Under the pieces are notes generated by a model, which saw only the letters and a list, made by a program, of their open reading frames with translations, was not told the origin of the DNA and searched no databases. This document shows, piece after piece, positions 24,930 to 38,378 of a stretch of DNA of 64,000 nucleotides. The stretch comes from Octopus sinensis (taxonomy: Eukaryota). The stretch's first letter is position 1. Each line of letters opens with the position of its first letter. Both the position numbers and the translations under genes were made by a program. The DNA is taken from the NCBI RefSeq assembly GCF_006345805.1, contig NC_042999.1, positions 110,298,001 to 110,362,000 on the forward strand. Direction: 5' to 3'.

Positions 24930-25241
24930 TACATATTCACACTCATTTATATATGAATACACACACACACACACGTGTATATATATATGTCTGCTCATCT
25001 CTGACTCTCACTTACTCTCACACACACACATATATAGGTATGTATATAAATATGTGTTGATTTGATTTTTGTTAAACTGCATTATTTCATTAGAAGTAAT
25101 AGCTTCTTGTGGTTGGCTTTACACATATGTAGTCCTTGGTGATCATATCCATTCACCTATTAAACTGTTTGTCCATCTTTCTGTCTGTCTGGTATACAAA
25201 TTTGTATCTGTCTGTATATGTACTTAGACACACACAAGCAT

Positions 25242-25296
<55 letters not shown>

Positions 25297-25942
25297 TGCT
25301 AATTAATTAACAGATAGAAAGATTACTCTTTGTGGTAGAGTTGATGTATCATTCTGAAAATTACTCAGTTGCCCCTCCCCCATATCTGTACTTCTCTATT
25401 TGTATATGTTTGTCTATGTATATTTTATATGTGTGTTAATACTGATGTAACATGTATAATATAACTAATGAAATTATGAAACAGCTCTAAACATATGGAA
25501 TAAGCATCTCTTTCACATCACTTTTTTCATCTCCTTCATTCATATATGGATATATATCTGTATATATATGTGTGTGTGTGTGTATAGACAATACACACAC
25601 ACACACACAGATATATATATGTATATATACATATATTTACATATACATATACATATACATATGTGTGTGTCTGTGTGTGTGTGAAAGGACAAGGGAATTA
25701 GAAATTATTGCACTTGACTTTTGAAGCTCCAATAAAACTATAGGATAATACATGAGCATTCAATTATGAATGTGGTGCATCTTAAAGTAGAAACAGCTGT
25801 AGGGTAATGAAGTTCATTATGTAATTTCTTATTACTGCTTTGTACTTGACTAACACTTTGTACTGAAGCTTATGTATACTGGGTTCTAGCACCAGGTTAT
25901 TAGTATCACTAGGCCAAAGCAAAATAACACACACATATATGC

Positions 25943-25995
<53 letters not shown>

Positions 25996-26272
25996 TATAA
26001 TAGGGATGACCACTAAGTGGACATCCAATATGCTAGAAGAAGATCACCAACGATGTAACTACAAAGAAAAGAATGTTCTCCAGAGAAAATTCCACAAACA
26101 CTGGCAACGTTATCTGTAGTGAATTATCTACTGCAGAACTGTTTCTGAGATTTAGCGTGCCAGAACTTAGACACTTGAAAATAACCCCAATGTAATCGGT
26201 AGAACTATACACATATCTAATTTTATAAGGACAACTAGTGTATAGTTCTACAAATGATATTGAATTGGAACG

Positions 26273-26341
26273 ATCGTACTGAAGAGTCCACGGACGATGA
26301 TTACTTAAGTAGAATTGTTGATGACGAAACCGGTCTACGAT
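26273..26341 (+). ncRNA. Minimal type I hammerhead ribozyme with long stem II (Penelope-type)
   Basis: ATCGTA-CTGAAGA-GTC..(long hairpin)..GAC-GAAA-CCGG-TC-TACGAT: 6-bp stem I, intact core, palindromic ACCGGT stem III. Confidence 0.8.
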
Positions 26342-27748
26342 TAATTCTGTATATTTTGTATATTTTCAATCTGTCTTATGTTCTGGTGTTCACTGAATTT
26401 CTCTGGAGAACATTCACACATACATACACATGCACTAACAAACTTCCCAACAGCCATTTATATAAATTTCTTCTCTGTACGTCAGTGAGAGAACTTGTAT
26501 GTGGTTGTTTAATACTAGAATTCCTAAAAAAAGAAAACATACTTGAAATAGCAGCCAAATCTCTTTCAAATCACACCCTATTATCTTTAAAAAAAGAAAA
26601 GGAAGAAAAACAAGTAAAACACATTAGTTAATGCAGTCATAGGTATACGATCTCTGAATAAAATATGGGATGGTAACAGTTGAAATACTAATGATCATAG
26701 ATCTACTCATTCAGGTCTTACCTGGGGCTACAACAGTGATATCTTATAAGTATATGCACATATCTGTAAATTACCTATTTTCTCTGCCATGCCAATACCT
26801 GAGTACTTGGCACCCATTATTGCCAATATTCCTATGTAGACAAATGCCAAGTCTTGGCAACTAAATAACTACATGAAGAGTACAATTCTTGCAGGCAATA
26901 AATTGGCAATTTCATCTTGAATAACTTATGTCTAAATCAAATAACTAATCAATCAAATGAAAAAATATATATAAATATATAATTCAACCATACATCCAAC
27001 TGAAGATAAACAACAGCCAAATCTAGCCAAAATAAACAATATCAAAGAGAATTCTACTCCATTCTCCTTAAAATCCGTCAGACCAGTCACTGAGTTCTGA
27101 GTACAAATTTAATTGTGATTTCGTTTTTTTTCTTCATATTCTCCAGTTAATTTTTCTTGGCTCTTGATTCTAAATTATCTATAAATATTTTTGCTTTTAT
27201 TTTAAAAATATTCTATTTGTTGGTGCTATTTGTTAACATACATATTGTGACTATGCAAATGGGAGTGAAGAAATATGCTCTCTCTCTCTTTCTCTCTCTC
27301 TCTCTCTATCGCTCTTACCCCCGGTCTTTCTCCCTCCCTCCCTCTCCCTGATCAAAAATAGAGAATTTCCTCACATTTATTTATTCTCTTAACTTAATAA
27401 AAGTTATTCTTGTAAGCTCACATAACAAATAAATATATCATTCCTCCCAAAATATAAAATGGTTCTTGGGTATATTCTCACTGAAACACATCTAGAATTA
27501 GAATAGATAACAGTCACAGTACTGTAACATGCTCTGCTGATAGTGATTTCAGCAAAAAAACCAACTTGCACAAAGAAAGGTAGCATTGAGATTATTCAGT
27601 TCACATGACATTTTCCAATGTTGTACCATTTCCTACGCTGATGAAACATACCTGAATCTTGGCAGGCATGTGACAATGCTCCTTCAAAGATTTGCATGAC
27701 ATATATACTTTTTAAGCATCCATCTATCTACTTATCTATCATTCTTTT

Positions 27749-27808
<60 letters not shown>

Positions 27809-27809
27809 C

Positions 27810-27897
<88 letters not shown>

Positions 27898-28298
27898 TTA
27901 TCATTTCCTATCTATCTGTCTGTCCCTGTCTATTTCCCTGTCTACTTATCTATCTACATATCTGTATATATGTATGAAGAAAGAAAAAATTTATTGGTGA
28001 AAACCGTAGATGATAATGTCAAAATATTTCACAAATTTTTCAGGAGACTGCATTTGAAATTTCGAGTGTTAGCCTGATGTAAATAGCAGATGCTACATGA
28101 GCCAAAAGAGGAACATGTACTTTGCAACTTGACCGACTAGAAATGGCAGACAAATCACCATCAAATAATATATATCCTACTGTCTTAACAACATGTAGAA
28201 TGATGTAACTTTCTACAAAATAAATAAATAAATAAAAAATAAAGAAGAAAAAGAGAAAAATTATAGGTTGTAGGGTCATGGCTAAAATTGCTTTTTAT

Positions 28299-28868
28299 AG
28301 GCACAGGCATGGCTGTGTGGTAAGAAGCTTGCTTCCCAACCATATGGTTCTGGGTTCAGTTCCACTGCATGTCACCTTGGGTAAGTTTCTTCTACTATAG
28401 CCTCGGGCTGACCAAAGCTTTGTGAGCAGATTTGGTAGATGGAAACTGAAAGAAGCCTGTCATGTATATATATATGTATATGTATGTATGTTCATATATA
28501 TATGTATATATATATATTTCGTTTTTGGATTTGGTTTGCAAGATTCTTTATATGAGTTCGTGTGTTGAAGCATATTCTGTTGTGTCTGGGGAGAGTCTTT
28601 TCTTTTAGTGCCTTATTATTTAACACACTCACCGGTAAAATTTCCACTTATTTCTTATTTTTATTTTCTAAAATTTTTGTTGCGTCTTGCAACCTTTTCA
28701 ATAGTCTTGACTCTTATATATGTACATGTATATGTATATGTTTGTGTGTCTGTGTTTGTCCCAGAACACATTCACTTGACAACCATTGTTGGTGTGTTCA
28801 CATCCCCGTAACTTAGCGGTTCAGTAAAAAAGACCAATAGAATAAGTTCTAGGCTTACAAAGAATAAG
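28299..28868 (+). mobile_element. Family A SINE with a ~195-bp foreign insert in its internal (TA)n
   Basis: Head and tail match family A; 28518-28712 is extra. Confidence 0.8.
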
Positions 28869-29464
28869 CATTTGTATGTGAGTGTGTGTGTTGATATATG
28901 CATACATTTCTCAATACATATTTTGATATTCATTTATGCAATAGTCATAGTGTGCTAAATACTCTAAAGTAGAGTTAAATAGTATAGTATTATTTACTTG
29001 CACGAATACATGCCAAAAAAAATACACTCAGAATTACAGATATTAACATTCAAGTAAATATTAATTTACCCCAACATAACAATGTTTTGATTGCTAATTC
29101 AACCTCATTAGCCTCTGAGGATATTTCATGTGATTACTTCTTAGTTGGTAAGACAGTTGTTTTACTAGCTGCTCTTGCCATCAAAGTACAGCTGTGCCAA
29201 AAGTAAGTTGTTTCTTATTTCAATACTAACATTCATACCTTTCTAAGTTATTTTTTTTTTTTGCATTTATATTCTTGTTGTGTATAAAATGTAGCTACTC
29301 TTGTATTCAAAACACAGCCTTGCCTCAGGTAAATTACAATTTATTTGAATATTAATTTTCATATTTCATATATTTTATAAATATATCATATTTGTATGTA
29401 AAATTACATTATTTTAGCTCTACTTTAGAGAATTGGACACTCTGTGAAAACTATATAAATATAT

Positions 29465-29880
29465 AAGCGCAGGCATGGTTGTATGGTAAGAAGCTTTCAT
29501 CCCAACCACATGGTTCCAGATTCAATCCCATTGCATGGCACCTTGGGCAAGTGTCTTCTACTAGTCTCGGGCTGACCAAAGCCTTGTGAGTGGATTTGGT
29601 AGACGGAAACTGAAAGAAGCTGTATGTGTGTGTGTGTGTGTGTGTGTGTATGCATGTGTGTGTGTGCATACGTGTGTGTGTTTGTGTTTGCCCCTCCCAT
29701 TGCTTGACAACTGATGTTGGTGTGTTTACATTCCTGTAACCTAGCAGTTCACCCAAAGAGAATGATAGAATAAGTACCAGGCTTGCAAAAAATACGTCCT
29801 GGGGTCGATTTCTTCAGCTAAAAGGTAGTGCTCCAGCATGGCTGCAGTCAAATTACTGAAACAAATAAACGAATAAAAGA
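29465..29880 (+). mobile_element. Full-length family A SINE
   Basis: Head, internal (TG)n and tail present. Confidence 0.85.
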
Positions 29881-30314
29881 ATACATTAAAAGATGTATAT
29901 ATTCAAAGACCCTGCTTCCATTTTTTAACCTTTCTGTATGGAATATTATACATGTGCTGTAAGTGAATATTAAATATTTTGTCCCATTTCTTCCAGCTCT
30001 TTAAATTCTGTATTCAAACTCTGTTGAGCTTGCCTATGCCTTTTAATTATTTGAGGTCAATAAAATATATACCATATCCCTACACACACACGTATATATA
30101 TTCTTTTATTTGTTTCAGTCATTTGACTGCAGCTATGCTGGAGCACTGCCTCAAAGGGTTTTAATTGAAGAAATCGATCCCAGAACTTATTCTTTTTAAG
30201 CCTAGTACTTATTTGATTGGTCTCTGTTGCTGAGCTGCTAAGTTAGAGGGATGTAAACACACCAGCATCAGCTTTCAAACGATGGCAGGGGGACAGGCAC
30301 AGAGACACACACAC

Positions 30315-30347
<33 letters not shown>

Positions 30348-30530
30348 CTACAAAATTAGAGAATGGAGAAACATACTTAAATCAATAAAACATCAACTAT
30401 CAGATGATACCCAATCAATACTTTAATACACCATTACATATCAGTAAAGGCATTATACAAAATATACAGTAAGAGTAAATAGACAAAGAGATATAAGTAT
30501 AAAATTTCAAATATAATATGTAATTAAATC

Positions 30531-30634
30531 AAATCTGACAGCTGTTTCGGCAGTGAGGGCAGTCATACCTCATTTAACCTATAAGCCATAAAGGCAGGTA
30601 TAAATGAGGCATTAACAAGGATGCCCACGGCCTC
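30531..30634 (-). ncRNA. 5'-truncated hammerhead (GA-stem II-GAAA-CAGCTG-TC)
   Basis: Minus strand: (TA)n-GA-GGCCGTGGGCA..TGCCCTCACTGCC-GAAA-CAGCTG-TC-AGATT; the CUGAN segment and 5' stem I are replaced by (TA)n. Confidence 0.55.
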
Positions 30635-30642
30635 TATATATA

Positions 30643-30705
<63 letters not shown>

Positions 30706-30930
30706 CATATATATATACACACACATACACATATATATATATATATAATATATATATAATATAAATATATATACTTATATATACACACACACAAAATGGG
30801 CTTCTTTCAGTTTCCATCTACCAAATCCACTCACAAGGCTTTCATCAACCTGAGGCTATAATAGAAGGCGCCACACAGTGGGGCTAAATCAAGAACCATG
30901 TGGTTGGGAAGTATATATATAGTAAAATCC

Positions 30931-31007
30931 ATTTGCCAACATAAGGTGGTAGCCCTCTGTAGAATCATGTTACTACATTTTAACCCCAGGAAAACATCTT
31001 TTCCTGG
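30931..31007 (-). mobile_element. Fragment of the retrozyme-like unit (3' portion)
   Basis: GATGTTTTCCTGGGGTTAAAATGTAGTAACAT...CACCTTATGTTGGCAAAT matches the 5858-6450 units. Confidence 0.55.
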
Positions 31008-32475
31008 AGTTAAAAGATAATAACATGGTCCTATGCAAGACTGTATGGATTTTACTATGCAATATAGTTACTACTTAGGTCTCATTCAGAAATTTTAAAT
31101 TAGCTGTTTTATTCATATATAAATATATATATATCATGATAGATCGTTAGCCACTACACACATTTTTTTTTCTCTCCTTGTTTTCTGTGTCCCTTTCTGT
31201 AGAAGAGCGTAGGCTCGAAACATAAAAGACTTTTTCTATTCCTGAGCGTTATACTAATACATCTCTCTATATATATATATAAGAAAATGACAAAGGAATA
31301 AATGCTTATCTTATGATCTTTATTAACTTACAACTGTTTCTACTATAAGATGCAATAGACTCATAGTTGAGTGCCTGAGAAACACCTTATAGTTTCATGC
31401 AATTGAAATGCAATTCATTTGGGAAATGAATTGAAGCCTATGTATATTGAGGTCTATAACAGGCTATTAGTCTTGCAATGCCTAAGCGAAATACATATAT
31501 ACATAGCTTTTAGACTCAAACTGGAGAGCAGACTGTCAATTTCCCTATGTTATTCCTGTCTTTCCAGAGGTTGAAATCAGTTTGATCTCTATAAACACAG
31601 GGAAACAGTAAGCATCCTGTTAGGTCAAATCTAAAGGAATAAATATATGTTCAATATTTAAAACTATATTGATTTCTTTACTGAAGTGTAGTCTTGTTCG
31701 CTTGATCTACAACACTAAATAACATACATATTGAGATAAGTGTGTGAGTCTAAGTTGATATATTTTTAACACAGACATATATGGTATTGTGATAAACTTA
31801 CAACTCTTTCTTTGAGATCTTTTTTAGTTCCATGAAGCATTTGATTGCAATGATGATAGCGTAACAAGGACAGAACTTTGAATATACAAGAAGAGTTTAT
31901 AGATATAGGCATATGCACAAACTCACAGATACATGCATACACGCACATGCAGAACAACTGCATATATGTATATGCATATCTATGTACTTAATTTTTATTT
32001 TCTTATTCTTTTACTTATTTCAGTCATTTGACTGTGGCCATGCTGGATCACCACCTTTAGGTGAGCAAATCTAGCCTGATTTATTCTTTGTAAGCCTAGT
32101 ACTTATTCTATTGGTCTCTTTTGCAGAACTGCTAAGTTACAGGGACGTAAACACACCAGCATCGATTGTCAAGTGATGTTGGTGGGACAAATGCACAAAT
32201 ACACACACACACACACACCACACACACACACACATATATAGTTTAGGACAATCAGTAAATTGTTATAATAGGATTCAGAGTTTCAAATGCCAGAGCTAAG
32301 AGCTACGATGCATTCTCATTGGCTATTAATGGCAATAGATGATATAAAAAAAAACGTTGAATAAAAGGGAAGTTACTCTAATAGGTAGGAAAAAATATAA
32401 AAGATAAAAGATACACACAACCATATTCTCACAAGACGTAGACATATATCCTCCTGCGTTCATAAGATCTACATA

Positions 32476-32511
<36 letters not shown>

Positions 32512-33521
32512 TGTATATATACATGCCTATAAACACACAAACATATATATGCATTTACGTACTCATACACATATCCACACATGAAAACACACACACACAC
32601 ACGAACACACATACATACATATATATACATATATATGCATGAAACTTCATCCTCATATTCACATAGGTGTATGCTTACATATATATATTTAGACATTCAT
32701 ACATATAAATATATGCATATATATATATGTATATATATATATATACACACATATATATATATACATATATACATATATACATACATACTCATACAGGTAT
32801 CATTCACATTTTCACATTCACCACATGTATGAATATACATATATATAACATCTGTACACAATTATATATATAATATAATATATATATATTATATATATAT
32901 ATATATATATATGTATCACACACCTACAACTGCAGATATAAGATTTACTGGAAGATCTTAACCGAGTGTAAACCTTATACCAACGGTTGTGTTATGTATG
33001 GTCCTTGTGATATGTAAAGATGGCTCATCTGGAAATTTTCTTTGGACCAAGCTACATGTCTAAATTCAAGAACTGAACTTTTGGGATCATGTCCACATAT
33101 CACAAAATATCTGTTATGGTTTTGAGCCCCCTAAGATTATGGATAGAATCTGCATTTCTACTATGTTCCCATGTCTTCACATTTGTTATTGTTTTATATA
33201 TTTTTCCTTTTTTGCTTTTTAATTGTGTGATTGTGTACATGTGTGAGTATATGTATATGTAAGTATATATTAAATGTGTATGTGTGTGCATGCGTATATA
33301 TGTGTACACGTATATGTTTATGAGTGTAGGACTGTGTCTGCCCATAAGTGTGACTTTCATGCACATGTCTCCTTCTTTTATACATATATGTATATGCATA
33401 TGCTTGTATATCTGTGGTTGTGTGTGATAGGAGGGTGTATATGCATACATATATATGTGTACATATGTACGTATATGTATATTCATATATGAGGTCAGTG
33501 TGAATGCATACCTGTATGAGC

Positions 33522-33614
<93 letters not shown>

Positions 33615-33816
33615 GTATGTATATTTATATGTATAAATGTCTAAATATATATGTAAGCATATACCTGTATGTATATGAGGATGAAGTTGCATGCATATAT
33701 ACAAATATTAATGTATGTGTGTGTGTGGATATGTTATGAGTACGTAAATGCATATTTATTATTCAGCATTACCTGACACCTTTGGGTCTCATTGACACCA
33801 TTACCTCTCATAACTT

Positions 33817-33847
<31 letters not shown>

Positions 33848-34019
33848 GCATACATGTATACATACGTATAAACTACTCTGATGTCATCTGAATTTCAGTA
33901 AAGGAGCCTTGTTTCTAGGCTAGAAACTGGCTCTTTCTCCATTGCTAGGAAATTCACCTGAAGACTTTTCTCAATCCTTTTAAAATATAATGATAATAAA
34001 TAACAATAATAATAATAAT

Positions 34020-34465
34020 GGTCAGAGTCTTAAGTAAGAAAGAAAACAAACTATGCTGGATTGGAAGCCGGACTTAGTCTTAATTGAGAAAGAAAACAAA
34101 CTATGCTGGATCATAGATATAGCATGCCCAGCTGACAACAAGATATACAATAAGGAAGAAAGAAAAGTTGAGAGATATGACAGATTAGCTTGAGAAGTTA
34201 AGCAGTTCTACTCGATGAAAAAGGTAGCAGTAGCACCAATTATTGTAGGAGCCTTGGGAACATTGAGCAAAAATCTCGAGAAGTACATGGAATGAATAGG
34301 GGCTGCAATAAGGGTGGAGCACTTGTAGAAAACAACACTGCTTGGAACAACTTGAATACTCTGGAAGTTGCTTGAAAAATAAGAGGTGTTACCTTAGTTC
34401 ACTGGTAGTGAACAGCTGACACTGTAGTACATCTCCAGCATTAGAAGCTGTGCAAAGGCAATTAT
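34020..34465 (+). pseudogene. R4/Dong-type non-LTR retrotransposon 3' end (RLE domain), decayed, in (TAA)n
   Basis: KPDLVLIEKENKLCWIIDIACPAD...KVERY..LA*EVK...PIIVGALG...LLGT with in-frame stops; TAA repeats on both sides. Confidence 0.85.
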
Positions 34466-34499
34466 AATAATAATAATAATGAAAATAATAATAATGATG

Positions 34500-35049
34500 T
34501 TGATGCAATACCAGGCAGTGGCTCTGATGGCTTCTGATCTTAACTGATTGGAAGTGTTATATACTTTGTTCTGTCTTGGTATAAAGATGGGCTCCACTAA
34601 ACATTCTGCTCAATACCACAGATTTGCTTGTCAGTTGTTTGACCTTAATCATTTGAGCATGTTCCTTTGTGGCTGACGTTATGTGCATCTCTGATCATGA
34701 TCAGAAGTAGTGGGGGAGCATCATAGCCATGTGTTGAGAGGAATTCTTTGGAGTTTGAATAATTCACTTCTGGAAACGTAAGTGTTTCATTCAACATCCA
34801 TAAAACAATCCTTATTCAAGGACCATTTGAGTGTGATGGGCTACTTGACCTGAAATAAATTCTAACTGGGCCCCACCTGCAAGGTCATTCACTGTTTATC
34901 TTGATATGAAATCATCATGTTGAGCACCTATGGTTATGATGCATGTGCCTGGTGTACCCTTATCAGATGGGGTAGTCATGATGAGTATACTGGGCTTCAC
35001 ATATTTTACCTCAGTGTCACTTTGATGGCATGCTCTGCTCTCTCACTCA

Positions 35050-35050
<1 letters not shown>
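34500..35050. repeat. Unclassified ~550-bp interspersed repeat (copy 1 of 3)
   Basis: Homologous to 45455-45933 and 45947-46480; abuts (TAA)n. Confidence 0.8.
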
Positions 35051-35089
<39 letters not shown>

Positions 35090-35092
35090 GTG

Positions 35093-35428
35093 AAGGCACA
35101 TGGCTCAGTGGTTATAGCGTCGAACTTACGATCATGAGGTTGTGAGTTTGAATCCCAGACTGGGCTACGTGTTGTGTTCCTGAACTAGACACTTTATTTC
35201 ATGTTGTTTCAGTTCACTCAGCTGTAGAAATGAGTTGCGACGTCACAGGTGCCAAGCTGTACCAGCCCTTTTCTTTCCCTTGGATAACATCGGTGGTGTT
35301 GGGAGGGGAGGCTGGTATGCATGGGCAACTGCTGGTTTTCCATAAACAACCTTGCCTGGACTTGTGCCTGGGAGGCTATCTTTCTAGGTGCAATCCCATG
35401 GTCAGTCATGACTGAAGTGGGGGTCTCA
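35093..35428 (+). mobile_element. tRNA-derived SINE, family D (V-domain-like)
   Basis: TGGCTCAGTGG A-box, GTTTGAATCCC B-box, then GTGTTGTGTTCCTGAACTAGACACTTT...CAGCTGTAGAAATG; related heads on the minus strand at ~35640-35825 and ~7780-7940. Confidence 0.65.
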
Positions 35429-36532
35429 GCAATAATAATAATGATAACAATAATCATATAAATGAAATGTCAAGTGTTTTGGTGTGTGACTTTTGACCCA
35501 TCCTGTACACAGACACATACACACACACATCATTGTGTAGCTGTATTGACAAGATTATTGTTATACATCGCTGGTCACAATGCACTTCCATGCTTAGTTG
35601 TAGCTTTTGAATGATGCCACCCTACTGGCAAGGCAGGCAGATACGTTAATGTTCCACCAGAATGGAATACCAGTCCATTGCAGGCTTATCAATTTGCATG
35701 TGAATGAACTGAAACAGCATAAAATGAAGTGTTTTGCCCAAGAACACAACACACTGCACATCTGGTAATTGAAACCATGGTCTAATGTTTGTAAATGCAA
35801 CACCTTAACCACTAGGCTACGCACTTTCACACACATACACACACAAACCGAAACACGTGTATTCTTTGTTTTCAATTCATTCTAAACAGAAGATGCTGTT
35901 TTAGCTCCTGAGACTCAAAGCTCCAACATTAGAATTTAGACATCAACAACAGTGTCATGTTACGTGCTGAATTTTTGAGAAGACTTGCATATTTTCAGTG
36001 ACCCATACACGAATTGGTAATTAACAGGGCCCGACCCTATTTACTACAAGAATCCTAAAATCATTCAGAAATGATTTCATTTCCATCAGCTGCTGCTCCT
36101 ACTGCTACCACTGCTACTACTGTTGCTACCGTTTGTTGGTGCTATTGTTGTTGTTGCTCCTTCTTCTTCTTCTTCTTCTTCTTCTTCTTCTTCTTCTTCT
36201 CTTCTTCTCTCAACCACCACCACTACCACCACCTCTTCCCCCACTTCTCTCCCTCCTCACTCCTCCTCCTGCTATGTAGGTGGGAGCAATGTTACACAGC
36301 AGGTGGAAAAGAAGCAATATTTTAAGACACAGTACATAGGGATTGGAAGAAAACAGAAAAATATTAAAAAAAGAAAATCGAAAAAAGTAAAGCAAAAGAA
36401 GAAATAAAAAAAGACACAGCAGTAATTAAAAATCCTGCATCAATTATTATTTGTTTAATTTTTTTCCCTCCTTTCATTGATTTATTTTCAAAGCCATCTT
36501 TTTTTTTTGTTTTTGTTTTAGCATGATTAACT

Positions 36533-36568
<36 letters not shown>

Positions 36569-37158
36569 TATTATTATTATTATTATTATTATTATCATCA
36601 TCGTCATCGTCATCATTGTTTTTATGATTATTATGATTATTATTATTATTATTATTATTATTGTTATGACTATTAACCTTTCCCACCTTTTCACCCGACT
36701 AAATCTCTCCCTCCTTACACTTTGTTCCATTTTCATGCATTGTCATTATCACCACCACCACCACCATCGTCATTGTCACTGTCGTCGTCATCGTCATCAT
36801 TATTATCATCGTCATCATCATCATCATCATCATCGTTGTAAAAATAACCAAGCAAGTAAGGTTCTGCGCTTTTGTCTTCCTCGCGTTGTTCTGTTTATGC
36901 AGTGGTAACACATTTTACACTCCTTGATATCAAGGTTAATTGATAAATTCTTGTATTTCGACAACTACAACAACCACAACAATAATAATGAAGATATTGA
37001 TGAGGAGGTAGGGGGAGAGGAGATAGCAATAATATGGAAGATAAAAATGGGATATCATCATCAAGAAGAACAATAATGGATTCAAATTTTTGCATTGGGC
37101 CTTCAGTTCTTGAGGGGAGGGAGGAGTCAATTACATCATCCTCTGTACATAACAGGTA

Positions 37159-37721
37159 TTGGGTTGTCTGGAAAGTTCATGCCGATTTATAGTAGCTTAC
37201 CTTTTGACTTATTTTAGAACATGTTTGAGTCCATAAAATAGGATTTGACTACACCTCCATTTAGAGTACAGTTTAAGCTATCTTTTCGTGGAAGAAGGTT
37301 TATTTTCCTATAACCTGTGTTAATTCTGTAACCCTTTAAAATGGAAGATAAGAAAGTTCATTTTTGGCACTTTATGCTTTTCTTTTTCTGTAAAGGAGAA
37401 AATACCTTACAAGCAACCAAAAAAATATGCGCAGTTTACGGTGATGTTTCTTTATCCAAAAGAACTGTACCGAAGTGGTTTGCAAGGTTCTAAGCTGGAG
37501 ATTGTAGCCTTATTGATAAAGAGCGTTCAGGCAGACCATCTACTACAAATGATGACCAAATCAAGTCATTAATTGAGAATAACCCACATTGCACAACCCG
37601 AGAATTGGCAGAAAGCCTCAACCGTCTTTCATGAGCACCTGGTAAAGATTGGGTGATGGCAAGTATTTATTGACCTTTTTCTTTCCTTTAAAAATCAGCA
37701 CAAGCTTTCCTGACAACCCAA
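37159..37721 (+). mobile_element. Internally deleted mariner transposon with N-terminal HTH transposase fragment (37341-37623)
   Basis: TA-TTGGGTTGTC... / ...GACAACCCAA-TA TIRs. MEDKKVHF..ML-FF.KGEN..QATKKICAVYGD..LS.RTV.KWFARF*AGD.SL.DKERSGRP...IKSLIENNP..TTRELAE. Confidence 0.92.
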
Positions 37722-38022
37722 TACTTATTTCATTGACCCAGAAAGGATGAAAGGCAAAGCAGGCCTTGGTGGAATTTGAGCTCAGAATATAAAGACAGAT
37801 GAAATGTTGCCAAGAATTATGTCAGGCATCCCAACGGTTCTGCTGGCCTGCCACCTAAAGAACAACAATAATAACCCTTTCTACAATTGGCACAAGGCCC
37901 AGAATTCTGCAGGGGAAGAGGTAGGTTGATAACATTGACTTTAATGTTCAACTGATACTTATCTCATTGACATTGGAAGGATGAAAGGCAAAATTAACAT
38001 CATTGGTATTTAGACTCAGAAC

Positions 38023-38058
<36 letters not shown>

Positions 38059-38330
38059 ATGCATACATGTATACATACATATAAACTATGGGGAGAATTC
38101 ACAAAAAAAAAAAAGACAAAGACAATGTCATCTGGATTTCAGTAAAGGAGCCTTGTTTCTAGGCTAGAAACTGGCTCTTTCTCCATTGCTAGAAAACTCA
38201 CCCATCCCAGTTAGGCTACATCTCAGATATATAATATATATTGATGTCCATATATCTGCATGAATACGAGTATCAATGTTTCTGTATGTGTGAATGTGTA
38301 TAAACTCATACATGCACACATAAATATATA

Positions 38331-38378
<48 letters not shown>

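Noticed and set aside
26770-26860. Candidate micro-exons with good splice sites (here on -, and 12172-12271 +, 31568-31607 +, 53767-53819 +, ~61460-61550 -)
   Set aside because: Inconsistent strands, no recognisable homology, and AT-rich DNA yields such sites and hydrophobic peptides by chance; RNA-seq needed
33895-33945. GAGCCT-TGTTTCT-AGGCTA-GAAACTGG motif (also ~38140)
   Set aside because: Stem II-like hairpin only; no CUGANGA in either copy
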